Assembly (NCBI GenBank): GCA_965208725.1
Contig: CBDBPI010000002.1
Location: 1,706,878-1,770,877 of the forward strand
Origin: Dehalococcoidia bacterium
Lineage (GTDB): Bacteria; Chloroflexota; Dehalococcoidia; Lucifugimonadales; GCA-2712585
DNA: 64,000 nt
Reading direction: 5' to 3'
Shown: positions 30,113 to 39,799 of the stretch, piece by piece
Numbering within the stretch: position 1 is the stretch's first letter
Layout: every line of letters begins with the position of its first letter
Notes under the pieces: model-generated
What the model was told of the DNA's origin: nothing
What the model saw: only the letters and a program-made list of their open reading frames with translations
The model's database searches: none
Program-made: the position numbers and the translations under genes

Positions 30113-30841
30113 ATGACACAAACCCAAAAACTCCTCCCCCTCCCCGAAGACTGGCAGCGCGCCCTAGCCGTCGCCGCCCACCCCGACGACCTCGAATACG
30201 GCGCCGCCAGCGCCATCGCCCGCTGGACCGACCAGGGCAAGGAAGTCGTCTACCTCCTCGTCACCAGCGGCGAAGCGGGCATCAGCTCTATGCACCCCGA
30301 TAGAGTCGGCCCCCTCCGAGAGGAGGAAGAACGTCGAAGCGCCGCCGCCGTCGGCGTCCACACCGTGGATTTCCTCCACCACAAGGACGGCGTCATCGAG
30401 TACGGCCCCGCCCTCCGACGCGACATTGCCCGCGCCATACGCAAACACCGCCCTGATGTCATCCTCGCCCCCAACTACCACCTCACCTGGGGTGGCCCCA
30501 GCTTCAACTTCGCCGACCACCGCGCCGCGGGCCTGGCATCCCTCGACGCCTCCCAGGACGCGGGCAACCCCTGGATCTTCCCTGAACTTATCGACGAAGG
30601 TCTCCAACCCTGGAACGGCGTCAAAATGGTCTGCATAGCCGGATCCCCCCAGCCCACCCACGCCGTCGACGTCACCGATTCCTTCGAAAAAGGCGTCGTC
30701 TCCCTGGAAGAGCATCGCGTCTATCTCGAAAACCTCCCCTTCCACGTCAACCCCGACGAAATGCTCCGCGGCCACGCCGAATCCGTCGGCAAACAATTCG
30801 GAACCCCCCTCGCCGTCCCCTTCCAGGTCTTCACCCTCTAA
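30113..30841 (+). CDS. PIG-L/LmbE-family N-acetylglucosaminyl deacetylase
   Basis: 242 aa. 'ALAVAAHPDDLEYGAASAIARW' (AHPDD zinc motif) and 'DHRAAG'. AGGAG lies 8 nt upstream of the ATG. Confidence 0.75.
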   Translation: MTQTQKLLPLPEDWQRALAVAAHPDDLEYGAASAIARWTDQGKEVVYLLVTSGEAGISSMHPDRVGPLREEEERRSAAAVGVHTVDFLHHKDGVIEYGPALRRDIARAIRKHRPDVILAPNYHLTWGGPSFNFADHRAAGLASLDASQDAGNPWIFPELIDEGLQPWNGVKMVCIAGSPQPTHAVDVTDSFEKGVVSLEEHRVYLENLPFHVNPDEMLRGHAESVGKQFGTPLAVPFQVFTL

Positions 30842-31135
30842 CCCCCTCCCCTATTCCCCCTCTCCCATCTTGGGAGAGGGTTGGGGTGAGGGTATTCCCA
30901 CTTCACCCACGCCCAACCCCAAACTTACCTCAACGCAGTTGCCCCACCCCCACGGATGCGGGGCCCACTCCCTCTCCCCCTCAACCCACACGTCAGATGT
31001 AGGGGCGGGTTTGAAACCCGCCCTTTCCCCACGCCCCGTAGCGCAGCAAAGAAGAATCTCGCGATCCACCCTCACATACAATATGGAACGATTCCACCAC
31101 AATCCGCATACTATCCAATAGAGGCATCAACAAAA

Positions 31136-33052
31136 GTGGCTCACATCCTAAAACACGCCCTACCAAACAACCCCCTGCTGGCCCTATTGGTAGCTGCCAT
31201 CATCCTAACTCTCCTCATATCCTCCTGCACCACCGAAGATACGACTCAGCAAGGCTCCTCTTTCGCAACGTCCATAGCAACCCCCATCCCGACTCCACCA
31301 CCCACACCTAATCCGCGGATAGAACTGACAGACCGAGAAATACTAGTCACCCTCTACCACGCTACCGAAGGCCCAGACTGGAAAAATAACACCAATTGGC
31401 TCAGCGACAAACCCCTTGACGAGTGGCATGGCGTCACCACCGACAACATTGGGCGTTTAACTCGGTTGGAACTTAGTGACAACAATTTAAGTGGAAAGAT
31501 CCCGCCTGGGCTTGGAAACCTCTTACACCTGACTAGCTTAAGCCTCAGAAAAAACAACCTACATGGTGAGATTCCACCAGAACTGGGCAGCCTCTCAAAC
31601 CTCAAATTCCTATGGCTGGACTACAACCATTTGAGCGGAGAAATACCTCGAAAGTTGGGGGATCTCTCCAGTCTCGCGTTAATGCGACTTAGCAATAACC
31701 GCTTAAATGGTGGAATTCCGCCAGAAATCGGCAACCTCACCAACCTCTGGGATCTTCACCTTAGCAACAACCAATTAATTGGAGTGATTCCTCCTGCATA
31801 GACAAACCTTCCATACCTGAACGAACTCTTCCTTGACGGAAACCAATTGAGCGGATGCTTGCCGGAGAGACTCTGGATCGTAAGACAGAACGACTTGTCC
31901 CAGCTGGACTTCCCCTTCTGCAAATCCTATGAATCAACACAAAGTGCAACAGATAGGGAGGCTCTGACCGTCTTCTTTGAAATAACGGGCGGCTACAATT
32001 GGGCCAACAATACCAATTGGCTCAGCGACCTGCCCCTTAACGAATGGTACGGCGTTATCACATACCCCGACGGACGCGTCGCCAAGCTACATCTCGAATA
32101 CAACAACTTGACTGGACGAATACCCTCGGATTTGCAAGCTCTTTCCAGATTGGTAGTGCTAGATCTTCATGGGAACAAATTGAGCGGCAAGATACCTCGG
32201 GAACTTGGCGCCCTCTCAAACCTGGAATTCCTCACGTTGTATAGCAACCAGTTGAGTGGGGAAATTCCAGCAGAATTGGGCAGCCTCAGCAACCTGAGAA
32301 GACTGTGGCTCTGGTATAACCAGTTGAGCGGCGAAATTCCCCCCGAATTGAGTAGCCTCAACAACTTAGAGTACCTGGGACTAGACGATAACCAGTTGAA
32401 CGGCGAGATTCCCCCAGAACTTGGCAACCTCTCAAACCTTGCAAGACTGACACTCAAATCTAATCAATTATCCGGGGAACTCCCAGCGGAACTGGGTGAA
32501 CTATCTAACCTTAGAGTATTGGACTTGGCAGGCAACCAGCTAACCGGAGAGATTCCCCACCAACTAGCCAACCTCTCCAAGCTAAATGAGATGCATCTCG
32601 CCCATAACCATTTAACCGGACAGATTCCGTCCGAATTGGGCAGCCTCAACAACCTGGAGATTCTCTTCCTTTACGGCAATCAATTGACTGGCGAGATACC
32701 TCCGCAGTTGGGAAATCTCACTAATCTGGAACTGTTGAGACTCAGCCAAAACCAGCTCAACGGTGAAATGCCACCCCGGTTGGGCAACCTCTCCAAGTTA
32801 AATGAGATGCATCTCGACAATAACCATTTGACCGGGGAAATTCCGGCACAGTTGGGCAACCTTTCCAACCTGATAATACTACATCTATACGATAACCAAT
32901 TAACCGGCACAATCCCTCCGGAATTGGCAAATCTCTCCAGATTGCAGAGACTTAGACTAAGCGGCAACCCCCTCACAGGCTGCATCCCCGAAAGTCTGTG
33001 GCCCATCCCGTTACACGACCTCCCCTCTCTCAACCTCCCCCTCTGCCCCTAA
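31136..33052 (+). pseudogene. Leucine-rich-repeat lipoprotein (two tandem LRR modules) interrupted by an in-frame TAG at 31799..31801
   Basis: Track ORFs 30956..31801 and 31847..33052 are in the same frame, and translation is continuous across the stop: '...NQLIGVIPPA*TNLPYLNELFLDGNQLSGCLPERLW'. The probable GTG start at 31136 gives the signal peptide 'AHILKHALPNNPLLALLVAAIILTLLISSC' with a lipobox. The repeats are 24-residue 'LxxLxxLxLxxNxLSGEIPxELGx' units. GC is lower than in the neighbouring genes. Confidence 0.7.
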
Positions 33053-33256
33053 CCTCTGCCTCCCCACCCTTGCCACCAAACCCCTAAACCCACCCGCAAC
33101 CCCGCAAACTTGCCGCAACGCAGTTGCCCCCACGCGCAAGCCCAAACTTGCCGTCACGCAGTGACCCGTCATGCAATGACCTTGCCGCAACCACCGTCAC
33201 GCCCTACAATAAACCCAACCCCCAAACGTCGAAAAACCGCGAAGGGAGCGGCAATC

Positions 33257-34243
33257 ATGAACAAGAACATCACCGTCCTCGTAGCCACGGCAGGCCAAGG
33301 CGTCATGCGGTCCTCAAACAACGGTCAATCCTGGTCCCGCGCCGGCATCGACCAGGGCATGCACTCCGACGCCATCGTCCGCTGCCTCTCCACCGACCCC
33401 GACACCCCCCGCACTGTCCTCTCAGGCACCGACAAGGGTCTCTACCGGAGCCCCGACGCCGGACGCACCTGGCAGCTCCTCGACACCCCCCTCTCCGACT
33501 ACAGCGTCTGGAACCTCACCCGCGACCCCCGCAACCCCAACATCATCTACTGCGGCACCGGCACCCCAACCCCCGCCGCCCTCTTCAAGACCACCGACCG
33601 CGGCGAAACATGGGAAAAACTCCCCGTCCAGGTCGCCGAGACCTGCCCCAACGTCGGCGTCCCCCGCTTCACCGGCCTGGCCGTCGACCCCCATGACCAG
33701 AACAGCATCTGGGCCGGCATCGAAGTCGACGGCGTCCGCTACAGCAGCGACGGCGGCCACACCTGGCGCGACGTCAACGGCGCCATATCCAACAAGGACG
33801 TCCACAGCCTCGCCATCGTCGCAGGCCCCCCCAAGTCCGTCATCGTCGTCGTCAACAACGGCTCCTTCACCTCCCAGGACGACGGCCATTCCTGGGACCG
33901 CGCCCTCGCCAGCGAAGTCTTCCCCCTCAACTACCCCCGCTGCATCACCGTCAAGCCCGGCAACCCCAACACCGTCTTCCTCGGCCTCGGCGACTTCACC
34001 CCCGGACGCACCGGCGCCATCCTCCGCTCCCGAGACGGCGGCGAGTCCTGGGACAACCTGGACCTTCCCGTCGAGCCGAACTCCGCCATCTGGGCCTTCG
34101 GCACCCACCCCTCGGACCCGCAGCTGATCTTCGCTGGAAGCCGCTACGGCTACCTCTACCGCAGCGACAACGGCGGCGACTCCTGGTCCAAAGAATGGCG
34201 CGAATTCTCCGAAATTGCCGCCATCGCCTGGGTCCCCTCCTAA
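33257..34243 (+). CDS. BNR/Asp-box repeat beta-propeller protein (sialidase/Ycf48-like fold)
   Basis: Track ORF trimmed to the ATG at 33257 (after GAAGGGAG). Seven SxDxGxTW-type Asp-boxes: SNNGQSWS, SPDAGRTWQ, TTDRGETWE, SSDGGHTWR, SQDDGHSWD, SRDGGESWD, SDNGGDSWS. Confidence 0.7.
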   Translation: MNKNITVLVATAGQGVMRSSNNGQSWSRAGIDQGMHSDAIVRCLSTDPDTPRTVLSGTDKGLYRSPDAGRTWQLLDTPLSDYSVWNLTRDPRNPNIIYCGTGTPTPAALFKTTDRGETWEKLPVQVAETCPNVGVPRFTGLAVDPHDQNSIWAGIEVDGVRYSSDGGHTWRDVNGAISNKDVHSLAIVAGPPKSVIVVVNNGSFTSQDDGHSWDRALASEVFPLNYPRCITVKPGNPNTVFLGLGDFTPGRTGAILRSRDGGESWDNLDLPVEPNSAIWAFGTHPSDPQLIFAGSRYGYLYRSDNGGDSWSKEWREFSEIAAIAWVPS

Positions 34244-34492
34244 CCCCCATCCCAACCCCCCGCACCCTTCTTCCCCACCCCCACGACAGCAGGGGCCTAC
34301 GGCGGGGCGTGACTGGGACGGGCACTCCCCTTCAACAAAATGAACCCTGCAGCAGTGGTTCGCAACCCACCCCTCCCCCTCCCGTGTCCTCGCGAATGCG
34401 GGGACCCACTCTTCCCCCCCAACCAACATTCCTCCCCGTGTACCTCCCTCTCCCATACCCCAAAATCCCCTCCCATACCCACCCCACCCCCG

Positions 34493-34521
34493 TTGACTCA
34501 ATCCCCCCATCCCGCTAGCAT
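34493..34521 (+). promoter_or_regulatory. Candidate sigma70-type promoter upstream of the amidohydrolase gene
   Basis: TTGACT (34493..34498), a 17-nt spacer, then TAGCAT (34516..34521). About 90 nt upstream of the ATG at 34612. Confidence 0.35.
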
Positions 34522-34611
34522 TGCCTCCACAACAACAGGCACAAAATCCCCAAACCCCTCTCCCTTCCCGCCATTACCGCGAAGGTGGGAATCAAAACCC
34601 AGGAGGCCCCC

Positions 34612-35787
34612 ATGCAGATAAAATTCGGACTCATCAGCTGCGACAGCCACGCCCAGGAGCACCCCGAAACCTGGACCTCCCGCATGTCCAAGTCCAGGTG
34701 GGGCGACCGCATCCCCCGCGTCGTCGAGACCACCGACCCCTCAGCCGCCGTTGCCCCCTTCGAAGGCTCCATAGAACGCTGGTACATCGACGGTCAGTTC
34801 ACCGAGACCCGCGGAACCGTCAACTGCCCCACTGCCATGGGAGACCCCCTCCGCAAGACCTACCCACAGCGCTGGGAAGAAGTCCCACGCTTTGTCTACG
34901 ACCCCACCGAACGCTTAAACGCCCAGGACAAGGACGGCATCGACGCTGAAATCCTCTTCCCCAACATCGGCGGCCAGTCCGGCGAACTCTTCGTCAAGTA
35001 CGACCGCGATTTCGAACTCGCCTGCGTCCAGGCCTACAACGACCACATCAGCGAAGAATGGGTCGGCGTCAGCGATCGCTACGTCGGCCTCGCCATCATC
35101 CCCTACAAGTCCGGCATCGACGCCACCGTCGCCGAAATCCGACGCAGCGTCAAAAACGGCCACAAGGGCATCGTCATGCTCGCCGAACCCAGCCAGAACG
35201 CCGACGGGCTGCCCCACATCAACGACCGCTACTGGGACCCCGTCTGGGACGCCTGCCAGAACCTCGACGTCCCCGTCCACTTCCACGCCGGCGCAGGCAT
35301 GAGCAAGCTCGCCATCGACCGGTGGGACGGCTATACCCGCAACCAGCTCCAGGCCATGGGCCCCGCCGCCAGCTTCAGCCTCCAGGCCCAGTCCATCCCC
35401 AACATGCTCCTCTCCGGCACCCTCGAGCGCTTCCCCGAGCTCAAAATCGTCTGCGCCGAGACCGGCCTCGGCTGGGTCAACTACATCATCGAAGCCTGCG
35501 ACCACGAATGGGAACGACGTCACCTCTGGACCGAAGGCCTCGTCAACCGACCCAGCGATGTCTTCCACCGACAGATCTTTGTCGACTTCTGGTACGAGTC
35601 CGCCGGCGTCGAGCAGCGACACTCCATCGGCATGGAAAACATCATGTGGGAGTCCGACTTCCCCCACTCCACCTCCACCTGGCCCGACTCCTGGCAGTTC
35701 ATCGAACGCACCCTCAAGGACGTTCCCCAGGAAGAGCGCTTCCCCCTCATGGCCGGCAACGCCATCCGCATCTACAAAATGGCATGA
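34612..35787 (+). CDS. Amidohydrolase-2 family metal-dependent hydrolase
   Basis: Trimmed to the ATG at 34612, after AGGAGG. 'MQIKFGLISCDSHAQEHPETW', 'DGIDAEILFPN', 'HFHAG' and 'WESDFPHSTSTWP' form the same architecture as 17..1138 and 36027..37169. Confidence 0.75.
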   Translation: MQIKFGLISCDSHAQEHPETWTSRMSKSRWGDRIPRVVETTDPSAAVAPFEGSIERWYIDGQFTETRGTVNCPTAMGDPLRKTYPQRWEEVPRFVYDPTERLNAQDKDGIDAEILFPNIGGQSGELFVKYDRDFELACVQAYNDHISEEWVGVSDRYVGLAIIPYKSGIDATVAEIRRSVKNGHKGIVMLAEPSQNADGLPHINDRYWDPVWDACQNLDVPVHFHAGAGMSKLAIDRWDGYTRNQLQAMGPAASFSLQAQSIPNMLLSGTLERFPELKIVCAETGLGWVNYIIEACDHEWERRHLWTEGLVNRPSDVFHRQIFVDFWYESAGVEQRHSIGMENIMWESDFPHSTSTWPDSWQFIERTLKDVPQEERFPLMAGNAIRIYKMA

Positions 35788-36026
35788 CCCCTCTCTTCGT
35801 CATTCCTGCGAAAGCAGGAACCCACGGCGGAGTGGAGGCACTTCTTGGATTCGCCACCCCTGCGAAAGCAGGGGCCTATGGCGGGGTAGGGATGGGCCGG
35901 GTCCCTCTTCCCCCTCTCCCGTCCTGGGAGAGGGTTGGGGTGAGGGTGCCTACTTGCAACATGACATATCCGTAGGGGCGGGTTTCAAACCCGCCCTCCC
36001 TTAAACCCCACCATAAGGAGCCACCC

Positions 36027-37169
36027 GTGAAACTTACCCACGGCCTCATCAGCGCCGACGACCGCGTCCAGGAGACCCCCGAAACCTGGACCGCCTACAT
36101 CTCCGCCCAAAAGTGGGGCGACCGGATCCCCCACATCGAAGAGCGTGACGATGGCTCCCAGTTCTGGGTCGTCGCCGGCCAGCCCCTCGCCGACCGCCCC
36201 CTCGCCGACGCTGGCGCCCTCATGCCCGACCGTAACCAACTTCCCAAACGCTGGGAAGATGTGCCTGCCGCCGCCTATGACCCCGCCCTACGACTCCTCG
36301 CCATGGACGCCGACGGCGTCGACGCCCAGGCCCTCTACCCCAGCATGTCCGGCGGCTCCGGCGAAGTCCTCGGCGCAATCTCAGACCCCGAACTCCAGCT
36401 AGCGAGCGTCCAGGCCTACAACAACTGGCTCATCGACGCATGGGCAAAGCAAAGCCCCCGCTTCATCCCCCAGTGCCTCGTCCCCATCAACGACCCCAAC
36501 GCAGCAGCCACCGAAGCCGCCCGCGCCATCAACCTCGGACACCGCGGCGTCATCCTCCCCGGGACCCCTTGGGACCTCCAGAACGTTCCCCACATCAACG
36601 ACGACGCTTGGGATCCCCTCTGGAACGTCTGCCAGGACTGTGAAGTCCCCGTCTGCTTCAACTCCGGCGCAACCCAGAAGCTCCGACTCCAGGCCTGGGA
36701 CAACTTCTCCCCCGTCCTCACCGACGCCATCAACGCCATCACCGGCCCCGTCAGCAGCGTCCCCATCCTCGCCAACCTCCTCTTCTCCCGCATCCTCACC
36801 CGCTTCCCCACCCTCAAATTCGTCCTCTCCGACACCTCCCTCGCCTGGGGCGCCTACCTCGTCGAGACCGCCGACCACCAATTCGAACGACAGCGGCTCC
36901 ACCGCGAAGGCTACGCCCTCAAACCCTCCGAGCTCTTCCGACGCCAGTGCTACATGACCGGATGGTACGACCGCGCTGGACTCCAGGTCAGAAGTTACCT
37001 CGGCGTCGAAAACATCCTCTGGCAGACAAACTTCCCCCGCGCCACCTCCACCTGGCCCAACACCCGCCAATACATCCAACGCAGCTTCGCCGACATCCCC
37101 GACGCCGAACGCCAGCAGATCCTCACCACCAACCCCTCCACCCTCTACCACCTCTTAGAGGATGTCTAA
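36027..37169 (+). CDS. Amidohydrolase-2 family metal-dependent hydrolase (3' end remodelled by IS insertion)
   Basis: 380 aa with a GTG start. '[19 protein letters not shown]', '[11 protein letters not shown]' and '[13 protein letters not shown]'. The last three codons and the stop (E-D-V-*) are supplied by the IS left end, which begins at 37158. Confidence 0.75.
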   Translation: MKLTHGLISADDRVQETPETWTAYISAQKWGDRIPHIEERDDGSQFWVVAGQPLADRPLADAGALMPDRNQLPKRWEDVPAAAYDPALRLLAMDADGVDAQALYPSMSGGSGEVLGAISDPELQLASVQAYNNWLIDAWAKQSPRFIPQCLVPINDPNAAATEAARAINLGHRGVILPGTPWDLQNVPHINDDAWDPLWNVCQDCEVPVCFNSGATQKLRLQAWDNFSPVLTDAINAITGPVSSVPILANLLFSRILTRFPTLKFVLSDTSLAWGAYLVETADHQFERQRLHREGYALKPSELFRRQCYMTGWYDRAGLQVRSYLGVENILWQTNFPRATSTWPNTRQYIQRSFADIPDAERQQILTTNPSTLYHLLEDV

Positions 37170-38028
37170 AAAGCATTGGAGTTAGCCAATCGTCGTAGCA
37201 TCAAACCAGTCATAGCGGCGTAGACCCATGCTTCTGTGGTCTGGGGCAACTCCTCATAGTCCTTGCTCAGGCGACGATATCGGCCCAACCAGGCAAAGGT
37301 ACGCTCCACAACCCAACGGCGTGGAAGCACCTCGAAGGTGTGTTGACCGGATGGACGCCGCACTAGTTCCAAGTTCCATCCACATATCTTTCGCGTCCAC
37401 TCCACCAGTTTGCCTGCGTAAGCCCCATCAGCCCAGATTCGCTTCAACCGAGGAAACCGGCCTACCAAACCCATCAGCGCCCACCTGGCTCCGTCTCTAT
37501 CCTGGATGTTGGCCGGATGTACCACCACTGTCAACAACAATCCTGTAGTGTCTACTACGATGTGTCGCTTTCTTCCACAGACCTTCTTACCAGCGTCATA
37601 GCCACGAGGCCCCCTTTTTCCGTGGTCTTCACCGTTTGGCTGTCTATGATGGCCCCGCTCGGACTGGCAGACCGTCCCTCATCCAGCCGTAAACGTTCCC
37701 GTAGCGCTTCATGTATCCGCTCCAGGGTCCCATCTCTTCGCCATGTGCGAAAATAGTGGAACGTGATGCGCCACGGGGGCAGGTCGTGAGGGAGCATCCG
37801 CCATGCGCATCCGGTGCGCAACACATAACGAATTCCGTTCATTACCTCCCTGCGCGGGTAATTGATTGGGCGGCCCGTTGATTTCGGGGGAGGCAACAAC
37901 GGTTCCAGCATTTGCCATTCTTTGTCACTCAGGTCGCTTGGATATCTCTCTCTGCTCATGGAACACTACTTTAGGTGCTCCCTTATCTACTATCCTACGA
38001 CTTCCAATGACAGTTTTTAGACACTTTC
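37158..38028 (-). mobile_element. IS5-family (IS427-group-like) insertion sequence, 871 bp, apparently intact
   Basis: Imperfect terminal inverted repeats GAGGATGTCTAAAAA (37158..37172) and GAAAGTGTCTAAAAA (revcomp of 38014..38028). Flanked by a TA/TA direct repeat (37156-57 and 38029-30). Carries two overlapping transposase ORFs. Confidence 0.85.
37166..37959 (-). CDS. IS5-family DDE transposase, orfA (37555..37959) plus orfB (37166..~37625) joined by a -1 frameshift
   Basis: orfA reads '...[14 protein letters not shown]' and then runs out of frame. The -1 frame continues '[42 protein letters not shown]...ADGAYAG...[20 protein letters not shown]'. The shift site is the A5G run GAAAAAGGGGG (about 37613-37623 on the minus strand). 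Confidence 0.85.
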
Positions 38029-38328
38029 TAACTCCCAACGGACCAATTGTAACCTTACTATAGGGCGACAAAATGCGTGTGGAGCACCCAGAATACAGGG
38101 CACTACGGAGCGTGATCATAACCATTATGATTGCCCTTTGTTCCGATGTTACATTGGTATATTTCTGTGGAAGATTTAATCATTGGCACCTTGAACCGAT
38201 AAGAGTCGCCAGACTCAATCTAACCTATTCCTCAAAATGGCCTTTTCAAAATATCTCCCAAGCATCCAGTCACTAGCCACTCAACACTATCGGCCTAGGT
38301 CCAAGTCCACGATAATTCTGGGGAATCA

Positions 38329-38925
38329 CTAGAGTGACTGAGATCGACCGATGGCAATTGCCCCAACCTCTGACCAGTCTGGGTATTTGACACGGAGCGC
38401 AGTCAAAGAAGGTGAATCGCCACCGATGCCAACTGGACAAGCCGCTAAGCCAAGTGCCGTCGCAACCAAGGACGCCGTAGCCAAGAACGCGCCTGCGTCA
38501 CGCAGTATGAGTGACATCCCACCAACATAACTGCCTAGGGTTCGTTTCAGTTCAGCAACGAGACATATGACCGCGGGCGGTGGTTGATCCGTTGCAAGAG
38601 CTGTTTGTGCCCGTACTGCCACCTCCAATGCAATGTTGCTACTTTCAAGGAGTACACTGAGGCGACAAAGGATTGGATCGAACCAGTATAGCCCTGGAAC
38701 TAAACCACGAACGTTAAGTGCCGCAATAACCAATTCAATTGGGTGCCGCGCACCCGCAGAAGGTGAAGGGCGGCTACTTGCTATCTGCCCATTTTCCATA
38801 AACCAGGCAAAACGACAGCGGGCCGCATGTGTCATTAGTGCAAGGAGATCAGACCTACTCGGCGAGTCAAACCTGCGAACTGATTGTCGCCTCTGAAGTA
38901 CGGTAGCAAAGCCCACGTCAGGCAT
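38329..38925 (-). CDS. SagB-type dehydrogenase / nitroreductase-fold flavoprotein
   Basis: 198 aa. 'RRQSVRRF', 'SRPSPSAGARHPIELV', 'GLYWFDP' and 'LILRDAGAFLATASLVATALGLAACPVG' match the SagB/ThcOx-type nitroreductase pattern. No strong SD. GC is about 55%. Confidence 0.7.
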   Translation of the reverse strand: MPDVGFATVLQRRQSVRRFDSPSRSDLLALMTHAARCRFAWFMENGQIASSRPSPSAGARHPIELVIAALNVRGLVPGLYWFDPILCRLSVLLESSNIALEVAVRAQTALATDQPPPAVICLVAELKRTLGSYVGGMSLILRDAGAFLATASLVATALGLAACPVGIGGDSPSLTALRVKYPDWSEVGAIAIGRSQSL

Positions 38926-39217
38926 TTTGCAAATACTACTTCGAGGTAATAACTTTCCAAAACTTTTGGTTTCGTTACTGGCTATCGGGCTAGTTCCGTG
39001 GGGTCTAACATTTGAAATCTCAAACTATGATGCCAATGTTGTGGCAGTGGGACAACCCAGTGGTTGTATCTCAGAATACTGCGAAATTTTTTCAACAAAA
39101 TCGCGAAAATTTGATACTACGTCGCCATCCGTAATCCAACGAGATCCACTGCGAGTTTCAATCAAACATTCATTCTCGCCGATCCAGACTGCATACCCGT
39201 TCACTGACAATGCCGCT

Positions 39218-39799
39218 CTAAATCTTCTCAAACGTATCCGCGCGTTTAGTGCAGCCTCTACATTGACCGCATGCAAGATTGGCAACGTGGCACGAGTGAG
39301 TCCAAGATAGAAGAGAAAGTGGTATTCCAGAGTCATTCACAAGATCAAGGGATGTCTTGTACAAACCTGGTGCTGTCACTCGTATTCCGCCTTCTTGCAT
39401 CATCATTAAAGTACTCAATGCCTCAATGAACCCGGGCGTACCGTCGGCATGTAGGCTGTCTGTCAGAACCGTCCCAACCAGAATTTCTTTAACCCCCAAC
39501 TTCAATGCGACGGGTGCTGCCAACGTCATCAACAGCTGATTGCGGTACGGCCACCACTCAGAAGTTGGAGCATGTGGCGCCGCTTCAATCCCCGCCAGAT
39601 CACCGCTTCCGATTGTCGAACAATCTATTCCTATAAATTCAAGAGGGATCCCAAGCCGCGTGGCAACGGCATTTGCAGCCCTCCACTCTCCTTCAGCAGG
39701 TAGTTGACCGTAGTCCACAAAAATTGCGAGTTGTGGGCGCTCAACAAACGCTATCGCAGAGGAGTCCACTCCACCTGACAAAAGAATCGCTTGCTTCAT
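39218..39799 (-). CDS. QueC-like PP-loop ATPase (7-cyano-7-deazaguanine synthase family)
   Basis: Track ORF 39218..39814. I prefer the ATG at 39799, which forms an ATGA overlap with the upstream stop. 'MKQAILLSGGVDSSAIAF' is the SGGxDS PP-loop, and the C-terminal 'SCHVANLACGQCRGCTKR' is the QueC zinc-cysteine cluster. GC is about 43-48%. Confidence 0.8.
   Translation of the reverse strand: MKQAILLSGGVDSSAIAFVERPQLAIFVDYGQLPAEGEWRAANAVATRLGIPLEFIGIDCSTIGSGDLAGIEAAPHAPTSEWWPYRNQLLMTLAAPVALKLGVKEILVGTVLTDSLHADGTPGFIEALSTLMMMQEGGIRVTAPGLYKTSLDLVNDSGIPLSLLSWTHSCHVANLACGQCRGCTKRADTFEKI

Noticed and set aside
31799-31801. In-frame TAG in the LRR gene as a pyrrolysine codon.
   Set aside because: No pyl genes are present in the window, and the lineage is not known for Pyl. 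The codon aligns with a Leu position of the repeat, which a single TTG-to-TAG change explains. A nonsense mutation or sequencing error is the simpler explanation.
38073-38276. 67-aa plus-strand ORF in the AT-rich spacer between the IS and the SagB-like gene.
   Set aside because: It has no SD, an odd composition and no motifs. The region is more likely non-coding island DNA.
38927-39310. 127-aa plus-strand ORF in the gap of the QueC-like operon.
   Set aside because: It is antisense to the operon and overlaps the 3' end of the QueC-like gene by ~90 nt. It has no SD or recognisable motifs. The minus-strand 59-aa alternative is noted as a low-confidence finding instead.
39218-39799. Calling this gene housekeeping queC of the queuosine pathway.
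   Set aside because: It has low GC relative to the genome and no folE/queD/queE/queF/tgt neighbours. It is translationally coupled to non-queuosine genes and sits in IS-adjacent accessory DNA. This cannot be fully excluded without the rest of the genome, so no gene symbol was assigned.
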